Origin: Marispirochaeta sp.
Lineage (GTDB): Bacteria; Spirochaetota; Spirochaetia; JC444; Marispirochaetaceae
Direction: 5' to 3'
Length of the DNA: 64,000 bases
Assembly (NCBI GenBank): GCA_963676835.2
Contig: CAXXFF010000004.1
Coordinates: 192,001-256,000, forward strand
Shown here in pieces: positions 36,726 to 47,722 of the stretch (positions are counted from its first letter, which is position 1; every line of letters starts with the position of its first letter). Below the pieces are notes generated by a model. That model did not search any database and had not been told where the DNA came from. It was given only the letters and a program-made list of their open reading frames with translations. Made by a program: the position numbers and the translations under genes.

Positions 36726-38210
36726 CTACAATAGCCCCACATCCTTAATCTCTTCCCCTGTATGCGGCTGGGGCGGCCAGTGGCTCCCCCGCTGACCGAA
36801 TAATCCGGGAATCGGCACGTATGCATATTCCTTGGGCTTCATTCCCTTAAGGACAGGACCATCAAACCACTCAGAATCATTTCCGTATAGCTGCTTTGAC
36901 AACTCAAGTTTCAGCCTGTCCAGTGTTTCTGAATACTCTGATGACGCAACAAGATTATGAAGATCCTCCGGATCATTAAGTACATCGAATAACTGAAAAA
37001 CATTTCCCGAGGAATAGTAAATCAGCTTATACCTGCCGTCATGAATCATACGGGTAGCATTAACTCCTTCCGCTTCTTCTCCGTAAAGAAAGTCACGCTT
37101 TTTTTCTCCCACAACAGAAATACCTTCAACCGAATCGGGAATTGGGATATCACACAGATCAAGCAATGTCGGCATTACATCCTGCAGGCCTACAAGCCGC
37201 GAATCCGTCGTGTTCTTTTTTACCCGTGTATCATTCGCCGGTCCGGTAAGGATAAACGGGACCCGGGCGGAATACTCGTAAAAGCAGCGCTTCGCCCACA
37301 GGCCATGATTGCCCAGCATATCACCATGATCGGAAGTAAACATGATGTATGTATTCTCCAGAAGCCCTTCTTCTCGCAAAGTCCCGATCACTCTTCGGAT
37401 CTGGTGATCGATATGGGTAACCGTTGCATAGAATGCACGGCGGGCATCAAGAATCATAGAGTCATTAAACCAGCGGGTATATTCAGTCGATTTCTGAAGC
37501 TTTGCCGGAAGTTTTTCTGAATCTGAAGCCCATTCACCTTTTACCGGAGTATCCATTTCAAGATTCCGGTACAGGTTAAGATAATACTCCGGTGGAGTCA
37601 GCGGAGGATGAGGAGCAACAAAAGACATGTAAAAAAATGCAGGGCGTGTCGGGTCACGACGCTTGATATACTGCGACATCTTTGCCGCTGTCCAGTTTGT
37701 ATTATGCATTTCTTCCGGCAGATGCCAGGGCCGGGTTACATACTGGTTATTACCCATACCATGCCCGAAAGCCTCTCCCGGATATCCATGTTCCCCGAGG
37801 AATTCCTCGTAATCATCAACAACCCCGTGGTGCCCGCGCCCCTCCTCAGCAAGAAGCACATCGTCGAAACCGATCCGGTCCCGCTGAGGAAAAACATGAA
37901 GCTTGCCGACTGCATATGCCTGATACCCGGCATTGCGGAAAGTCTGTGCCAGTGTCGGAAAATCCGGCATTTCAAGGGTCTGCTGAAAAATTCTGTCCCC
38001 ATGTTTCTGTGGTGTGGTACCGGTCATCATGGTGCGACGCGCCGGTATACATACAGGGCACTCGGAATAGGTACGGTTAAAACGAGTGCCGGTACGCGCC
38101 AGTTCATCCATGGTGGGCGTCTGAATTACATTGTGCCCTTCAGATCCGAGAAGCGGTCCGGGCCAATGATCGGTACAAATTAGAAGTACATTCTTTTGGG
38201 GTTTACTCAT
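36726..38210 (-). CDS. Cys-type (formylglycine-dependent) sulfatase, cytoplasmic
   Basis: PVCIPARRTMMTG (CxPxR), GKLH, PHPP, SDHGD; no signal peptide. Confidence 0.92.
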   Translation of the reverse strand: MSKPQKNVLLICTDHWPGPLLGSEGHNVIQTPTMDELARTGTRFNRTYSECPVCIPARRTMMTGTTPQKHGDRIFQQTLEMPDFPTLAQTFRNAGYQAYAVGKLHVFPQRDRIGFDDVLLAEEGRGHHGVVDDYEEFLGEHGYPGEAFGHGMGNNQYVTRPWHLPEEMHNTNWTAAKMSQYIKRRDPTRPAFFYMSFVAPHPPLTPPEYYLNLYRNLEMDTPVKGEWASDSEKLPAKLQKSTEYTRWFNDSMILDARRAFYATVTHIDHQIRRVIGTLREEGLLENTYIMFTSDHGDMLGNHGLWAKRCFYEYSARVPFILTGPANDTRVKKNTTDSRLVGLQDVMPTLLDLCDIPIPDSVEGISVVGEKKRDFLYGEEAEGVNATRMIHDGRYKLIYYSSGNVFQLFDVLNDPEDLHNLVASSEYSETLDRLKLELSKQLYGNDSEWFDGPVLKGMKPKEYAYVPIPGLFGQRGSHWPPQPHTGEEIKDVGLL

Positions 38211-38221
38211 TTAATTTCCCT

Positions 38222-39733
38222 TTATTCGTTAATCGCCGTTTTTGCTTTCTCGATTACATTCTTCTTTCCGTGGTAATCCTGGTACAGCGTCCATCCCAGG
38301 GTGGATACAGCAATGATCAGAAAGACAAGCGAGATTGGGCGGGTAATAAACGGCATCAGCGATCCATTCGCGTACATAAGACTCGAGCGCAGATTCAGCT
38401 CCGCGATACTGCTGAGAATGAAACCGATAATAAACGGCCCGAGAGGTATCTTTGCTTTCTCCAGAAAGAATCCGACTATGCCGAAACCGAACATAACCCA
38501 GACGTCAAAGAAGCGGTTATTGAGGGCGAATGTCCCGATAACGCAGAAAACTATCAGCAGAGGCTGTAAAATCGCCCGGGGAATATCAACAAGCCTGACC
38601 ATGATCAGACTTCCACCGATCATAATAAAAAACATGAAAATATTGGCCACGAAAGAGGAAGCCATAATGCCGTATACAATTTCCGGATCGCTGGTAAACA
38701 GCAGGGGGCCGGGGTTAAGATCGTGAAGAACCAGGGCTCCAAGAAGAATCGCCGTTACGATGCTCCCGGGAATTCCCAGAGTGATCAGCGGGATTAATGC
38801 CCCATTAATCGTTGCATTGTTGGCCGCCTCTGATGCAATAATTCCCTCTTCTGAACCGGTTCCAAAGCGTTCCGGTGTTTTGGATGAATTCTTTGCAGCC
38901 CAGTAAGCCATTATTGATCCAATAGTAGCACCGACTCCGGGGAGTATCCCTATCCAGGTACCGATTATCGAGGACCGTATCAGGTTTACTCCGTTTTCCC
39001 TAATCTCTTTAAAGGAAAGAAACATTCCCTTGAAGGAAAGCGGAATACGTTCCATTTTGGTTTCCACATCGGCAACATCATTGAGAATCTGGTTTATACC
39101 GAACAGACCGATCAGAACAGGCAGCAGACCGAAACCGCCGATCATATCCGGCGAGCCGAAGGTCATCCTGACTCTGCCCACAATGGGATCCACTCCCGGA
39201 ACTCCCACAAGCAGCCCGAGAAAGCCGGCGATTATAGCCCTGAGAATGCTTCCCTGACCTACAGCAGCAATAAGCACCAGGGCCATCAGAACAAGGGAGA
39301 ATATTTCGAAGGAGGTAAACTTGAGCGCGAAGCGAGCCATTACCGGCGATAAGAGGACAAGAAATATCCAGGCGACCAGTCCCCCGATAAAAGAGGCAGT
39401 AATGCCAAGACCGATGGCACGTCCTGAATTTCCAGCCCGGGCCATGGGATAACCGTCAAAAGTAGTAACCACCGATGCCGGCGTGCCGGGAATTCTAAGC
39501 AGCGTCGCAGTTATCAATCCTCCGCTTATTGAACCGATATACATGGATATAAGCAGGGTAATTGCATTAACGCTGGACATGTAATAGGTCAAGGGCAACG
39601 TAAGAGCAATGAGCATCGACCCGGTGAGTCCTGGAATCGCCCCAACCGTGCATCCCAGAAATACCCCGAGGAAGATATAAAATAACGGCATCGGCGCCAT
39701 AAGATGTGCAAAAGCACTGAATAAATAGGTCAT
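38222..39733 (-). CDS. tctA: Tripartite tricarboxylate transporter large permease (TTT1)
   Basis: GAIPGL, RIPGTPAS..FDGYPMA, GILPGVG, SEAANNA, LGIPG, PGPLLF. Confidence 0.93.
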   Translation of the reverse strand: MTYLFSAFAHLMAPMPLFYIFLGVFLGCTVGAIPGLTGSMLIALTLPLTYYMSSVNAITLLISMYIGSISGGLITATLLRIPGTPASVVTTFDGYPMARAGNSGRAIGLGITASFIGGLVAWIFLVLLSPVMARFALKFTSFEIFSLVLMALVLIAAVGQGSILRAIIAGFLGLLVGVPGVDPIVGRVRMTFGSPDMIGGFGLLPVLIGLFGINQILNDVADVETKMERIPLSFKGMFLSFKEIRENGVNLIRSSIIGTWIGILPGVGATIGSIMAYWAAKNSSKTPERFGTGSEEGIIASEAANNATINGALIPLITLGIPGSIVTAILLGALVLHDLNPGPLLFTSDPEIVYGIMASSFVANIFMFFIMIGGSLIMVRLVDIPRAILQPLLIVFCVIGTFALNNRFFDVWVMFGFGIVGFFLEKAKIPLGPFIIGFILSSIAELNLRSSLMYANGSLMPFITRPISLVFLIIAVSTLGWTLYQDYHGKKNVIEKAKTAINE

Positions 39734-39742
39734 ACATTTACC

Positions 39743-40243
39743 TCACGGAAGGTTAACAACAAGAACTTTCGTAAAAACCAGATACAGAATCTGACTCATC
39801 CCAACAGCCAATACGAACAGTGTCGGGAAGAAAACTGCATTGGATACTTTACGCTCCTGTCTGTGCAGAAGAATTCCAAGAAAAAGCAGAAGAACAACCG
39901 TGCTTATCCTGAATCCTATGAGGCCAATCAGGAAGATATAGGCAACTGTTGAGATTGCCGTGACCAGAGACATCAGCGGCTTGCCGGTTTTGGACTCTGC
40001 CGGAGTTCCCTCCTGTACAGCAGTACCAATGCTCTTGAGGGCACGAAATTTTCTGAAGCCCTGAGCAATAAGTGGAATGGAAAACAGAATAAGACTGAGA
40101 CTTAATGCTTTGGGGAGCGCAGCAGGACCTAAGGGTTCATACTCTGAAGGCTTTAATTTCAGACTCTCCAGGAACACCAGAACACTGATTACAACAAGCC
40201 CTGTGGACAGGGAAAAATCAGCGATATAAGATTTATCTTTCAT
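39743..40243 (-). CDS. tctB: TTT small permease (TTT1)
   Basis: 4 TM, LGPAALP, IGFRIST, C-terminal LP. Confidence 0.85.
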   Translation of the reverse strand: MKDKSYIADFSLSTGLVVISVLVFLESLKLKPSEYEPLGPAALPKALSLSLILFSIPLIAQGFRKFRALKSIGTAVQEGTPAESKTGKPLMSLVTAISTVAYIFLIGLIGFRISTVVLLLFLGILLHRQERKVSNAVFFPTLFVLAVGMSQILYLVFTKVLVVNLP

Positions 40244-40336
40244 TGTATGTGTGGTTCTCTCCGAATTGGAAAATAAACATCCCTGTGCAGACTGATGGTT
40301 CCGCCTGCATCAGGGTGCTGATAATCTGGATGCTTT

Positions 40337-41317
40337 TTATTTTCCCAGGTTATATATCTCGCCAAGCTTCTGGAGCTTATCTCCTTCAGCCTGAATCGCC
40401 TGCCTTAATACATCCCCCCGTTTGTATGAAGGAACCATAATCATTTCTTCCATTTTGGAACGAATGGCCGGATCCTGCATTACTTTCTCGAGGGTATCTG
40501 CCAGGTATTCAACTATGTCAGCTGATGTTCCGGGAGGGGCAAAAAACCAGTAACTTACGGGCTGAACAAAGTCTATTCCCTGCTCTTTTGCAGTAGGAAT
40601 ATCCTCCATACCCTTAACCCGTTCGGGCGCATAGACTGCCAGAGTTCTCATTTCACCGGACTGCTGATACTTAGCAACTTCATTAGTACCCATAATAGTC
40701 GTATCAACATTATTTCCCAGCACAGAGGCAATCCGCTGGGATCCGTCCCCGATGTGGACCATGTTGTATTCTCCTCCGGCAGACTGCTGAACTCCGAGAC
40801 TGGTAAAATGGGTAATGGCACCGATATTTGTCGCGATACGAACAGACTGGGGCTTATCCTTTAATGCCTTTGCAAGTTCGCCGAAGTTATTCCATTTAGA
40901 TTTTGCTCCAGTCGCTTCACACAGATAGTAGGTTCCGGCTTCCGCAATGGGAACAAAATCAAAGGGGCCGAAATCAGTGTTGCCAAGGATTTCATTAGTC
41001 CAGATATTTACAATATTCATCAGGATGGTATATCCGTCAGGATCTGCCTCAAGAACTTCACGTGATCCGATAGCACTTGCACCACCACCCATATTCACCA
41101 CAACAACCGGAACCGGGAGCAGTTCTTCAAGCTTGCGCACAAGCAGACGGGCCTGTGTATCGGTACCTCCACCGGCACCATAGGGAACAATCAGTTTAAT
41201 GGGCTTGGCAGGATACTCCGCGGAAGCCGCCTGCTCTTTTTCGGCAGAGCCTTCGGCAAACACAAAAGGAACAAGCATAATAAAAACAACACATAACAGC
41301 AGGATTCTTTTCAACAT
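40337..41317 (-). CDS. tctC: TTT substrate-binding protein (TTT1)
   Basis: YPAKPIKLIVPYGAGGGTD, NMGG, ADPDGYT, IPTAKEQG; AAAGGAG RBS. Confidence 0.92.
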   Translation of the reverse strand: MLKRILLLCVVFIMLVPFVFAEGSAEKEQAASAEYPAKPIKLIVPYGAGGGTDTQARLLVRKLEELLPVPVVVVNMGGGASAIGSREVLEADPDGYTILMNIVNIWTNEILGNTDFGPFDFVPIAEAGTYYLCEATGAKSKWNNFGELAKALKDKPQSVRIATNIGAITHFTSLGVQQSAGGEYNMVHIGDGSQRIASVLGNNVDTTIMGTNEVAKYQQSGEMRTLAVYAPERVKGMEDIPTAKEQGIDFVQPVSYWFFAPPGTSADIVEYLADTLEKVMQDPAIRSKMEEMIMVPSYKRGDVLRQAIQAEGDKLQKLGEIYNLGK

Positions 41318-41539
41318 AAAAACTCCTTTATTGAACATACGCTGTTTATTTAACCAATACCATACATATTGGATTAACTGTGATCATGAGATTGCCTACT
41401 TATGAACACACAGCGTTCCTAAACCCTACCATCACCTTTTTACCCTGTCAAGATTTTTTTTGAACACATATTGTTCCTAATTAACTGAATCACCGACTCC
41501 CAGCTTGACGTGTCGAATATTTTGTTGTAGGACAATAAT

Positions 41540-42739
41540 ATGCACTTACCGTTTATGCATGCAGAAGTTGAACGTCTAAGCAACAGAGAAGATCTGAAAG
41601 TACGCAGCCGCCAGAAGGCAGCTATTCTGAAAGAAATATACCTTATGCCTGAACCATCCAGACGCGCAATAGTCAAAAGTCTGGGAATCCGGAGCAGCAC
41701 TATTTCCGCATTGATAGATGAACTGATTGAGAGCAAGGCCATACAGGAAACCGGAAGACAGACAAATGAGCGCGGCCGTCCCCGGCTAAACCTTGCCTTA
41801 GGATCAAACAGCCGCATAATTTTATCAATTTATGCAGAGCATTTTCAGCTTATCGGAGGACTGGTTAATCTCGAAGAGCAGGTAATCTCAGAAGCTGTGA
41901 TTCCCATACCCAAAGAAACTACAAGTGCAGAATTTATACAAATATTTGATAACATGATAGAACAGCTGTTAGCACTGGTGCCGGAAAATGCAAAGCTTGT
42001 GGGTGTTGCTTTTTCTCCCCTTGGGACTGTTAATGCGTCTAATAACCAATGGTCCAAGGTCAGCCGCTGGCCGAACATTGAAAAGGTAGATTTCAACTAC
42101 ATTACAGAAAAGTACGGATTGCCTGTAAAGCTCAGACGAAATATCGAAACAATTCTTGATTATGAAATACAGACTACCCGTGAATTCTGGAATAAAGATA
42201 TTGCCCTTTTTCACTGGGGATACGGTGTCGGTTCTTCCTTTGCATCAAAGGGTCAGGTTATCGATACGGAGCGAGGAAACTATACAGGGATCGGCCATAC
42301 ACTTGTTAATCCCGATTCAAGTCAGAAATGCCACTGCGGAGCTCTGGGATGCCTCGAATCAGAGGCTGCAATCTGGTCCCTCCTGCCGCAATATGCGCAA
42401 ATAGATCCGCGGGTTTTACAGGATGTGGATAAAACCTATGAAATTCTTGCAGATGCCTTTTCCGAAAAGTATCCGTTTTTTAAAGAAGCTATGAATGCAA
42501 TAAAAATCGGTTTGTATAATTTATGTAAAATTTACAGTCCCGATTATGTTCTTTTTTTAAGCCCTTTTGCGCGTAACAGCAATATAGTAGCGACATTGAA
42601 ACGAACAACAGAAACATCGTTCCCCAAAGCGACCAACTTCGAGCCGGAGTTTCGTGTTATTGACGGTGATTACCGAGGAGCTCTTTATGCGAATGTGTAT
42701 CCGTTTATACGGGACGAGTTGCTGGAGATAATCGGGTGA
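41540..42739 (+). CDS. ROK-family transcriptional regulator
   Basis: N-terminal wHTH with RGRP; GYGVG; GH..CHCGALGCLE. Confidence 0.88.
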   Translation: MHLPFMHAEVERLSNREDLKVRSRQKAAILKEIYLMPEPSRRAIVKSLGIRSSTISALIDELIESKAIQETGRQTNERGRPRLNLALGSNSRIILSIYAEHFQLIGGLVNLEEQVISEAVIPIPKETTSAEFIQIFDNMIEQLLALVPENAKLVGVAFSPLGTVNASNNQWSKVSRWPNIEKVDFNYITEKYGLPVKLRRNIETILDYEIQTTREFWNKDIALFHWGYGVGSSFASKGQVIDTERGNYTGIGHTLVNPDSSQKCHCGALGCLESEAAIWSLLPQYAQIDPRVLQDVDKTYEILADAFSEKYPFFKEAMNAIKIGLYNLCKIYSPDYVLFLSPFARNSNIVATLKRTTETSFPKATNFEPEFRVIDGDYRGALYANVYPFIRDELLEIIG

Positions 42740-42925
42740 ATGATTTTTTTCCGGAACTAAATATAAGTTGATGTTCTACGCGTTTATTCAAACTCTTCTT
42801 AAAAAGCACCACTTTTTTAAATCCCACACACAAACAGAAGAAGGAGAAAACTGTTTGTAGAATATGCTGCCAATATTGAAGGCTTAAAATAATAGCAGCA
42901 TTTTTTCCTTACAAGTTCTTATACG

Positions 42926-44383
42926 TTACGATATCAGCTCCGTTGGAATAGGAGTATAGGCAAGCAGTTTATCAATGACTGCTTCTTTTCCGCCATGCTC
43001 GGCAAGAGTCTTTGCCTGCCGTTCATGTGCAGCCTTATTTATTTCTTCCGGATTACAAATGCCCCTGAGAATTCCATCCATCTCTTCTACCAGAGCGGAA
43101 TATGCAGGGTCATCAATAAGATCGTTAAATTCCCCAGGATCATTCTCCAGATCGAACAGTTGGGGTTTGTAATTCATGTAGTAGTTATATTTATACTGTT
43201 TATAGCGGATCATATAGCCTGCATCCAGGTTGCCGATACAATGGGTTTCAGAAAAGATCGGCCGGTCTTCACTTTTTTCACCCCGGGCAAAAGGAAACAG
43301 AGATAATCCGGGTTTCCCTTCATCTTCAGGTTTTGAATCTGCTCCGACAGCTTCCAGTACGGTGGGAAATATGTCCAGTAATGATACAGCGCTGTTAACA
43401 CGGGTACCTTCGGGCAGGTCCGGTCCGGCCATGATCAGGGGAACCGCGACTGATCCTTCGTACATATTGTGTTTAAAGAAAAGTCCATGGTCGCCGGCAT
43501 TATCTCCATGATCGGTTGTATAAATAATCCGGGTATTTTCTGAAAGTCCGGCAGCCTCGAGAGCATCCAGCACATCACCTATCTGCCTATCCAGGTAGGT
43601 AACCATTCCATAGTAGGCAGCGATGGCTTTTCTATACTCTTCCTCAGTGAATGCTTCAGCCAGATGCAGTTCATTTCTAAAAACCTGTAAGGCCCCATGC
43701 TCAGGACGTTTTCCCGGTTCCCAGTCTTTTGGTAAAGGGATTTTATCGTAAGGTGTATACAGGTCCATAATGTCCTGAGGAACCTTCCACGGGAAATGCG
43801 GACAGACGAAGCCGACAAACAGACACCATGGTTTATCCTTTCCAGAGGCTTCATTGCTCAGAAATTCAACCGCCAGTTCACCAACTTTTTTGTCATATTC
43901 CAGATAGTCAGAATTTCCAGGGCCTGCATTAAGAACTGTATCCCTCAGCTTCGGACGGGTAAAGATTCCATCCCGGATACAGTGAGTTATATCACCAAGG
44001 TCATCCTTTACGTGAAGGGGGATTCTCTGATCAGGGAACCCTTCGGATGTGGATGCTATAGACTGGTAGTGCAGTTTTCCTATGGTTACAACCTCATGCC
44101 CCTGGTCTGTCAGGCGGTGGCCCCAACCCTCCTGCTCACCTTTATAAGGATGGGCATTATCCCAGTAGCCATGCTGGAAACTGTACTCTCCGGTTGTCAT
44201 CGATGCCCGGGAAGGACAACAGATGGGATTATTACAATATGCACTGTCAAAGGTAACACCCTTCGCTGCCAGTCGGTCCAGGTTAGGAGTATGTACGTAT
44301 GGGTTGTTGTAGCAACCGGTTATAAATTTATTATGCTGATCACTGAAAATGTACAGCAGGTTCATTGGTTTAGTATTTGTCAT
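42926..44383 (-). CDS. Cys-type sulfatase (choline-sulfatase-like), cytoplasmic
   Basis: SDQH, ICCPSRASMTTG, GKLH, PHFP, TDHGD; no signal peptide; AGGGAG RBS. Confidence 0.92.
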   Translation of the reverse strand: MTNTKPMNLLYIFSDQHNKFITGCYNNPYVHTPNLDRLAAKGVTFDSAYCNNPICCPSRASMTTGEYSFQHGYWDNAHPYKGEQEGWGHRLTDQGHEVVTIGKLHYQSIASTSEGFPDQRIPLHVKDDLGDITHCIRDGIFTRPKLRDTVLNAGPGNSDYLEYDKKVGELAVEFLSNEASGKDKPWCLFVGFVCPHFPWKVPQDIMDLYTPYDKIPLPKDWEPGKRPEHGALQVFRNELHLAEAFTEEEYRKAIAAYYGMVTYLDRQIGDVLDALEAAGLSENTRIIYTTDHGDNAGDHGLFFKHNMYEGSVAVPLIMAGPDLPEGTRVNSAVSLLDIFPTVLEAVGADSKPEDEGKPGLSLFPFARGEKSEDRPIFSETHCIGNLDAGYMIRYKQYKYNYYMNYKPQLFDLENDPGEFNDLIDDPAYSALVEEMDGILRGICNPEEINKAAHERQAKTLAEHGGKEAVIDKLLAYTPIPTELIS

Positions 44384-44405
44384 TTGAATTCTCCCTATAG
44401 ATGTA

Positions 44406-45923
44406 TCAACTCTCAACGGTATCAAGTGAGACTTTTTTATTTTTTGCTATAAAACCCGTAATCGACACATACAGGATGTAGCCGATTGTAAGGATAAGAA
44501 ACGTTCCGGATATGGGACGCTGAAAGAAATGTAAAAAACTACCATCTTCGAACATCAAACCCCGCAAGAGATTGCGTTCAAGAATCGCACCAAGAATAAA
44601 CCCCATTACGAATGGCGTCATATCAAACCCCAGCTTAACCAGTACGAATGCCAGCACACCAATCATCCAGACAGAGTACACATCAAATATCCGGTTATTC
44701 TGACTATATGCACCTATTACGCAGAACAGCATGACTATTGTCAGAATATAATGCCGGGGGATCTTTACCAGATGAAGGAAAGTTTTCATTCCCCAGTATT
44801 CCACAAGAATCATTAATACGTTTGCAACGATCAGAGTCGCAAAGATCGCATAGATAATATCTGCGCTCTTTGTAAAAATAAGCGGTCCCGGAGCAATTCC
44901 CTGCAGGGTAAGGCCAGCTAAAAGAATTGCCGTACCGGCATCCCCAGGAATTCCCAGAGTCAGCAGAGGTACCATTGCTCCACCAGTTACTGCGTTATTT
45001 GCAGTCTCGGAAGCGATAATTCCGTCTTTAATTCCATTGCCGAATTCTTCCGGTGTCTTCGATGCATTCTTGGCTGCAGAATAGGCCATGATATTGGATG
45101 TTCCGGCACCGATTCCCGGTAGGATTCCAATAAATGTTCCCATTAGAGCTGAACGAACAAGATTAAAGACCTGACCTTGAAAATCCTTCAGCTTTACCCC
45201 GAAGCCTTTCAATTTGGAAGTGTCATAACTGAGGTCAAAATCATCCTTATATGACTGCCCGGAAAAAAGAAACAATTCTGCAACCGCGTAAACACTTACC
45301 AGTACACAAATCAGCTGAAATCCAGCATTAAAAGACTCAAACCCGAATGTAAACCGTGGAGTTACCTCCAGTGCCGCGGGTCCAATAGTTGCAACCATCA
45401 AACCTATGATGCCGCTCATCAGTCCCTTTATTATGGATTTACCGGTAAGGCCTGCAATCAGGGAAAGAGAAAACAATGTAACGGCAAAATAATCAGCAGG
45501 TGTGAACTTAACTGCAACCTCCGCCAGGCGGGGTGCAATATTGAACAAAATCACCAGACTTATCATACCGCCGACAAAAGATGAAATTAATCCGAAGCCC
45601 AAAGCAGCCGCCGGCCGTCCATTCCTGGCCATGGGATAACCATCAAATGTAGTTGCGATGGCTGCCGGGGTACCTGGTATACCAAGCAAAACAGCAGTTA
45701 TCATTCCTCCCGAAGTACCGCCAATATAAAGACCAATCAATAGCGCCATGGACGAAATGGTATTCATACTGAAAGTAATAGGCATCAACAAAGCCATACC
45801 CATGGAGGCTGTTAACCCTGGACTTGCACCAAACATAATTCCGACACAAGTTCCGAACAGGATTAACCCGATAACATTGAACGAAAGAATTGCATCAAAA
45901 CCTGTTATATATTGCATAAACAT
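44406..45923 (-). CDS. tctA: TTT large permease (TTT2)
   Basis: GIPGTPAA..FDGYPMA, SETANNA, LGIPGD, PGPLIF. Confidence 0.93.
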   Translation of the reverse strand: MFMQYITGFDAILSFNVIGLILFGTCVGIMFGASPGLTASMGMALLMPITFSMNTISSMALLIGLYIGGTSGGMITAVLLGIPGTPAAIATTFDGYPMARNGRPAAALGFGLISSFVGGMISLVILFNIAPRLAEVAVKFTPADYFAVTLFSLSLIAGLTGKSIIKGLMSGIIGLMVATIGPAALEVTPRFTFGFESFNAGFQLICVLVSVYAVAELFLFSGQSYKDDFDLSYDTSKLKGFGVKLKDFQGQVFNLVRSALMGTFIGILPGIGAGTSNIMAYSAAKNASKTPEEFGNGIKDGIIASETANNAVTGGAMVPLLTLGIPGDAGTAILLAGLTLQGIAPGPLIFTKSADIIYAIFATLIVANVLMILVEYWGMKTFLHLVKIPRHYILTIVMLFCVIGAYSQNNRIFDVYSVWMIGVLAFVLVKLGFDMTPFVMGFILGAILERNLLRGLMFEDGSFLHFFQRPISGTFLILTIGYILYVSITGFIAKNKKVSLDTVES

Positions 45924-45940
45924 CTACATGATCTCCCTGA

Positions 45941-46441
45941 TTAAAAGCCCAGGATGCCATGCGGCAATCCAAGATTGAACAACGAAACAAACAAGTAGTC
46001 CAGCAATACCGCAGTTACGACCGCTGTTACTCCATACTTGAGATAGTTCACCTTCCCTTGAGGACTGATCACAATGAGTTGCAGCATTATAAAAAGAGCT
46101 GATGAAACAAGAAAACCGACAGGCTTCAGTATCAACATATAGATACCGACCAGACTAATTGTACCTACCGTTCTTATAACTGCTTTTTTAACATCAACAC
46201 CTTCATTATTGAAAACCTTATCTGTCTTCTTTTCCAATTTCAATTTTATCAGATCACTGATAATCAGAAGGATACTTAAAATGGCTAAAATGCCACCATA
46301 TATACGGGGCATGATATCCGGCCCGTACGCAGCAAGCAGGCTACGGGTTTGTATATTCATGCTGCTTATATAATAAAATACTGAAACAGCCAGCATACCT
46401 ATGCCAATCAGTAAGTCTTTACGACGTCTTAGAATATCCAT
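45941..46441 (-). CDS. tctB: TTT small permease (TTT2)
   Basis: YGPDIMP, VGFLVSS, LPHG. Confidence 0.85.
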   Translation of the reverse strand: MDILRRRKDLLIGIGMLAVSVFYYISSMNIQTRSLLAAYGPDIMPRIYGGILAILSILLIISDLIKLKLEKKTDKVFNNEGVDVKKAVIRTVGTISLVGIYMLILKPVGFLVSSALFIMLQLIVISPQGKVNYLKYGVTAVVTAVLLDYLFVSLFNLGLPHGILGF

Positions 46442-46510
46442 ACTATTCCTTCAGTTAAATAAAATACCTGGTGCGAAGTAATTTATTTCACACCAGGTAT
46501 GACAATCTGT

Positions 46511-47482
46511 TTATCTCTTGGGTAGATAAGTGAAATACACCTCTAATTCTTTCTTGTAATTCGAGAGATATTCCTCTATACCAGCAGGATCCATATAAGC
46601 AACCTTTGCATTAATGTTTTTTACATCTTGTAGATATGCAGGATCTTTACTGACTGTTGCCATTGCATCTGATATTTTCTTGATTATCGCAGAATCAGTT
46701 CCTTTGGGAGCAAGAAGATACTGAAAACGATCCCGTACAATATCAAGCCCCTGTTCTCTGGCAGTGGGAATATCAGGACAGATCGAACTTCGTTCTGTGG
46801 ATAAGTTAACTGCAGTGAGTTTACCAGTATCTACATAATCCTTAACAATGCTGTATGGTGCATAAGTAGCGGCGATATGTCCGCCCACCATTAAAGGAAG
46901 ACGCTCAGCCATCTGACCGCCGTCAACAATCTTCAAGTCGACACCAAGCTTTTTTTCTACAACATAGGGAAGAATTGAGATAAATGCTCCGCTTTCTCCC
47001 GCATAACTTACAGTCCCGGGATTCGCCTTGGCCGCAGAAGTAAAAGCAGGAACATCCCCGTATTTACCACTCATTACCCAGAACATATCCATCGAAATGC
47101 ATCCGCTCACCGGTTCAAAGGCATCATAACCGAAATCCATAAGGCCCAAACCATGGTTGGTAACTATATCCTCGGTTGTATACACATATGTATATCCATC
47201 AGGTGCAGAATTCTTTGCCTCTGTATAGCCTATTGAGCCGCTTCCACCTTTAATATTAGTAATGGTCACAGGCTGACCGAGAGCTTTCGCCAGGTGTTTT
47301 GCCACCACACGGGCATTTAAATCCGTACCACCTCCGGCACTGGCAGGAACGATAATGTTTACCGCCTTTGCCGGCCAGCTGTCAGCCTGTGCAGCACCAC
47401 CCTGCTGTGATTCCTTCTGCCCTTCGCAGAATCCTGCCACCATCATTACAACCATCAAGGCCATGACAACGATCTTTTTCAC
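46511..47482 (-). CDS. tctC: TTT substrate-binding protein (TTT2)
   Basis: WPAKAVNIIVPASAGGGTD, PDGYT, PDIPTAREQG; GTG start after AAGGAG. Confidence 0.92.
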   Translation of the reverse strand: MKKIVVMALMVVMMVAGFCEGQKESQQGGAAQADSWPAKAVNIIVPASAGGGTDLNARVVAKHLAKALGQPVTITNIKGGSGSIGYTEAKNSAPDGYTYVYTTEDIVTNHGLGLMDFGYDAFEPVSGCISMDMFWVMSGKYGDVPAFTSAAKANPGTVSYAGESGAFISILPYVVEKKLGVDLKIVDGGQMAERLPLMVGGHIAATYAPYSIVKDYVDTGKLTAVNLSTERSSICPDIPTAREQGLDIVRDRFQYLLAPKGTDSAIIKKISDAMATVSKDPAYLQDVKNINAKVAYMDPAGIEEYLSNYKKELEVYFTYLPKR

Positions 47483-47722
47483 ATAAATCTCCTTATTAAC
47501 AGTTCTTTTTTCCATCACGGAAATAAGTTATAAAAATAGTATCATTGGTTTTTTTAGAAAGCAACGATTATTTCATTGTATGCGCTAATTTTCCTGCAGA
47601 TCAACACAAAAACGGTTGCTACTTTTTTTCATCTCGTGTATAAGTGTTGACAATTTAACAAAAAGTAGTATGATGAAGACTATGTTACGGCAACACGTAC
47701 AACATATTCCAGGTGTAACCAA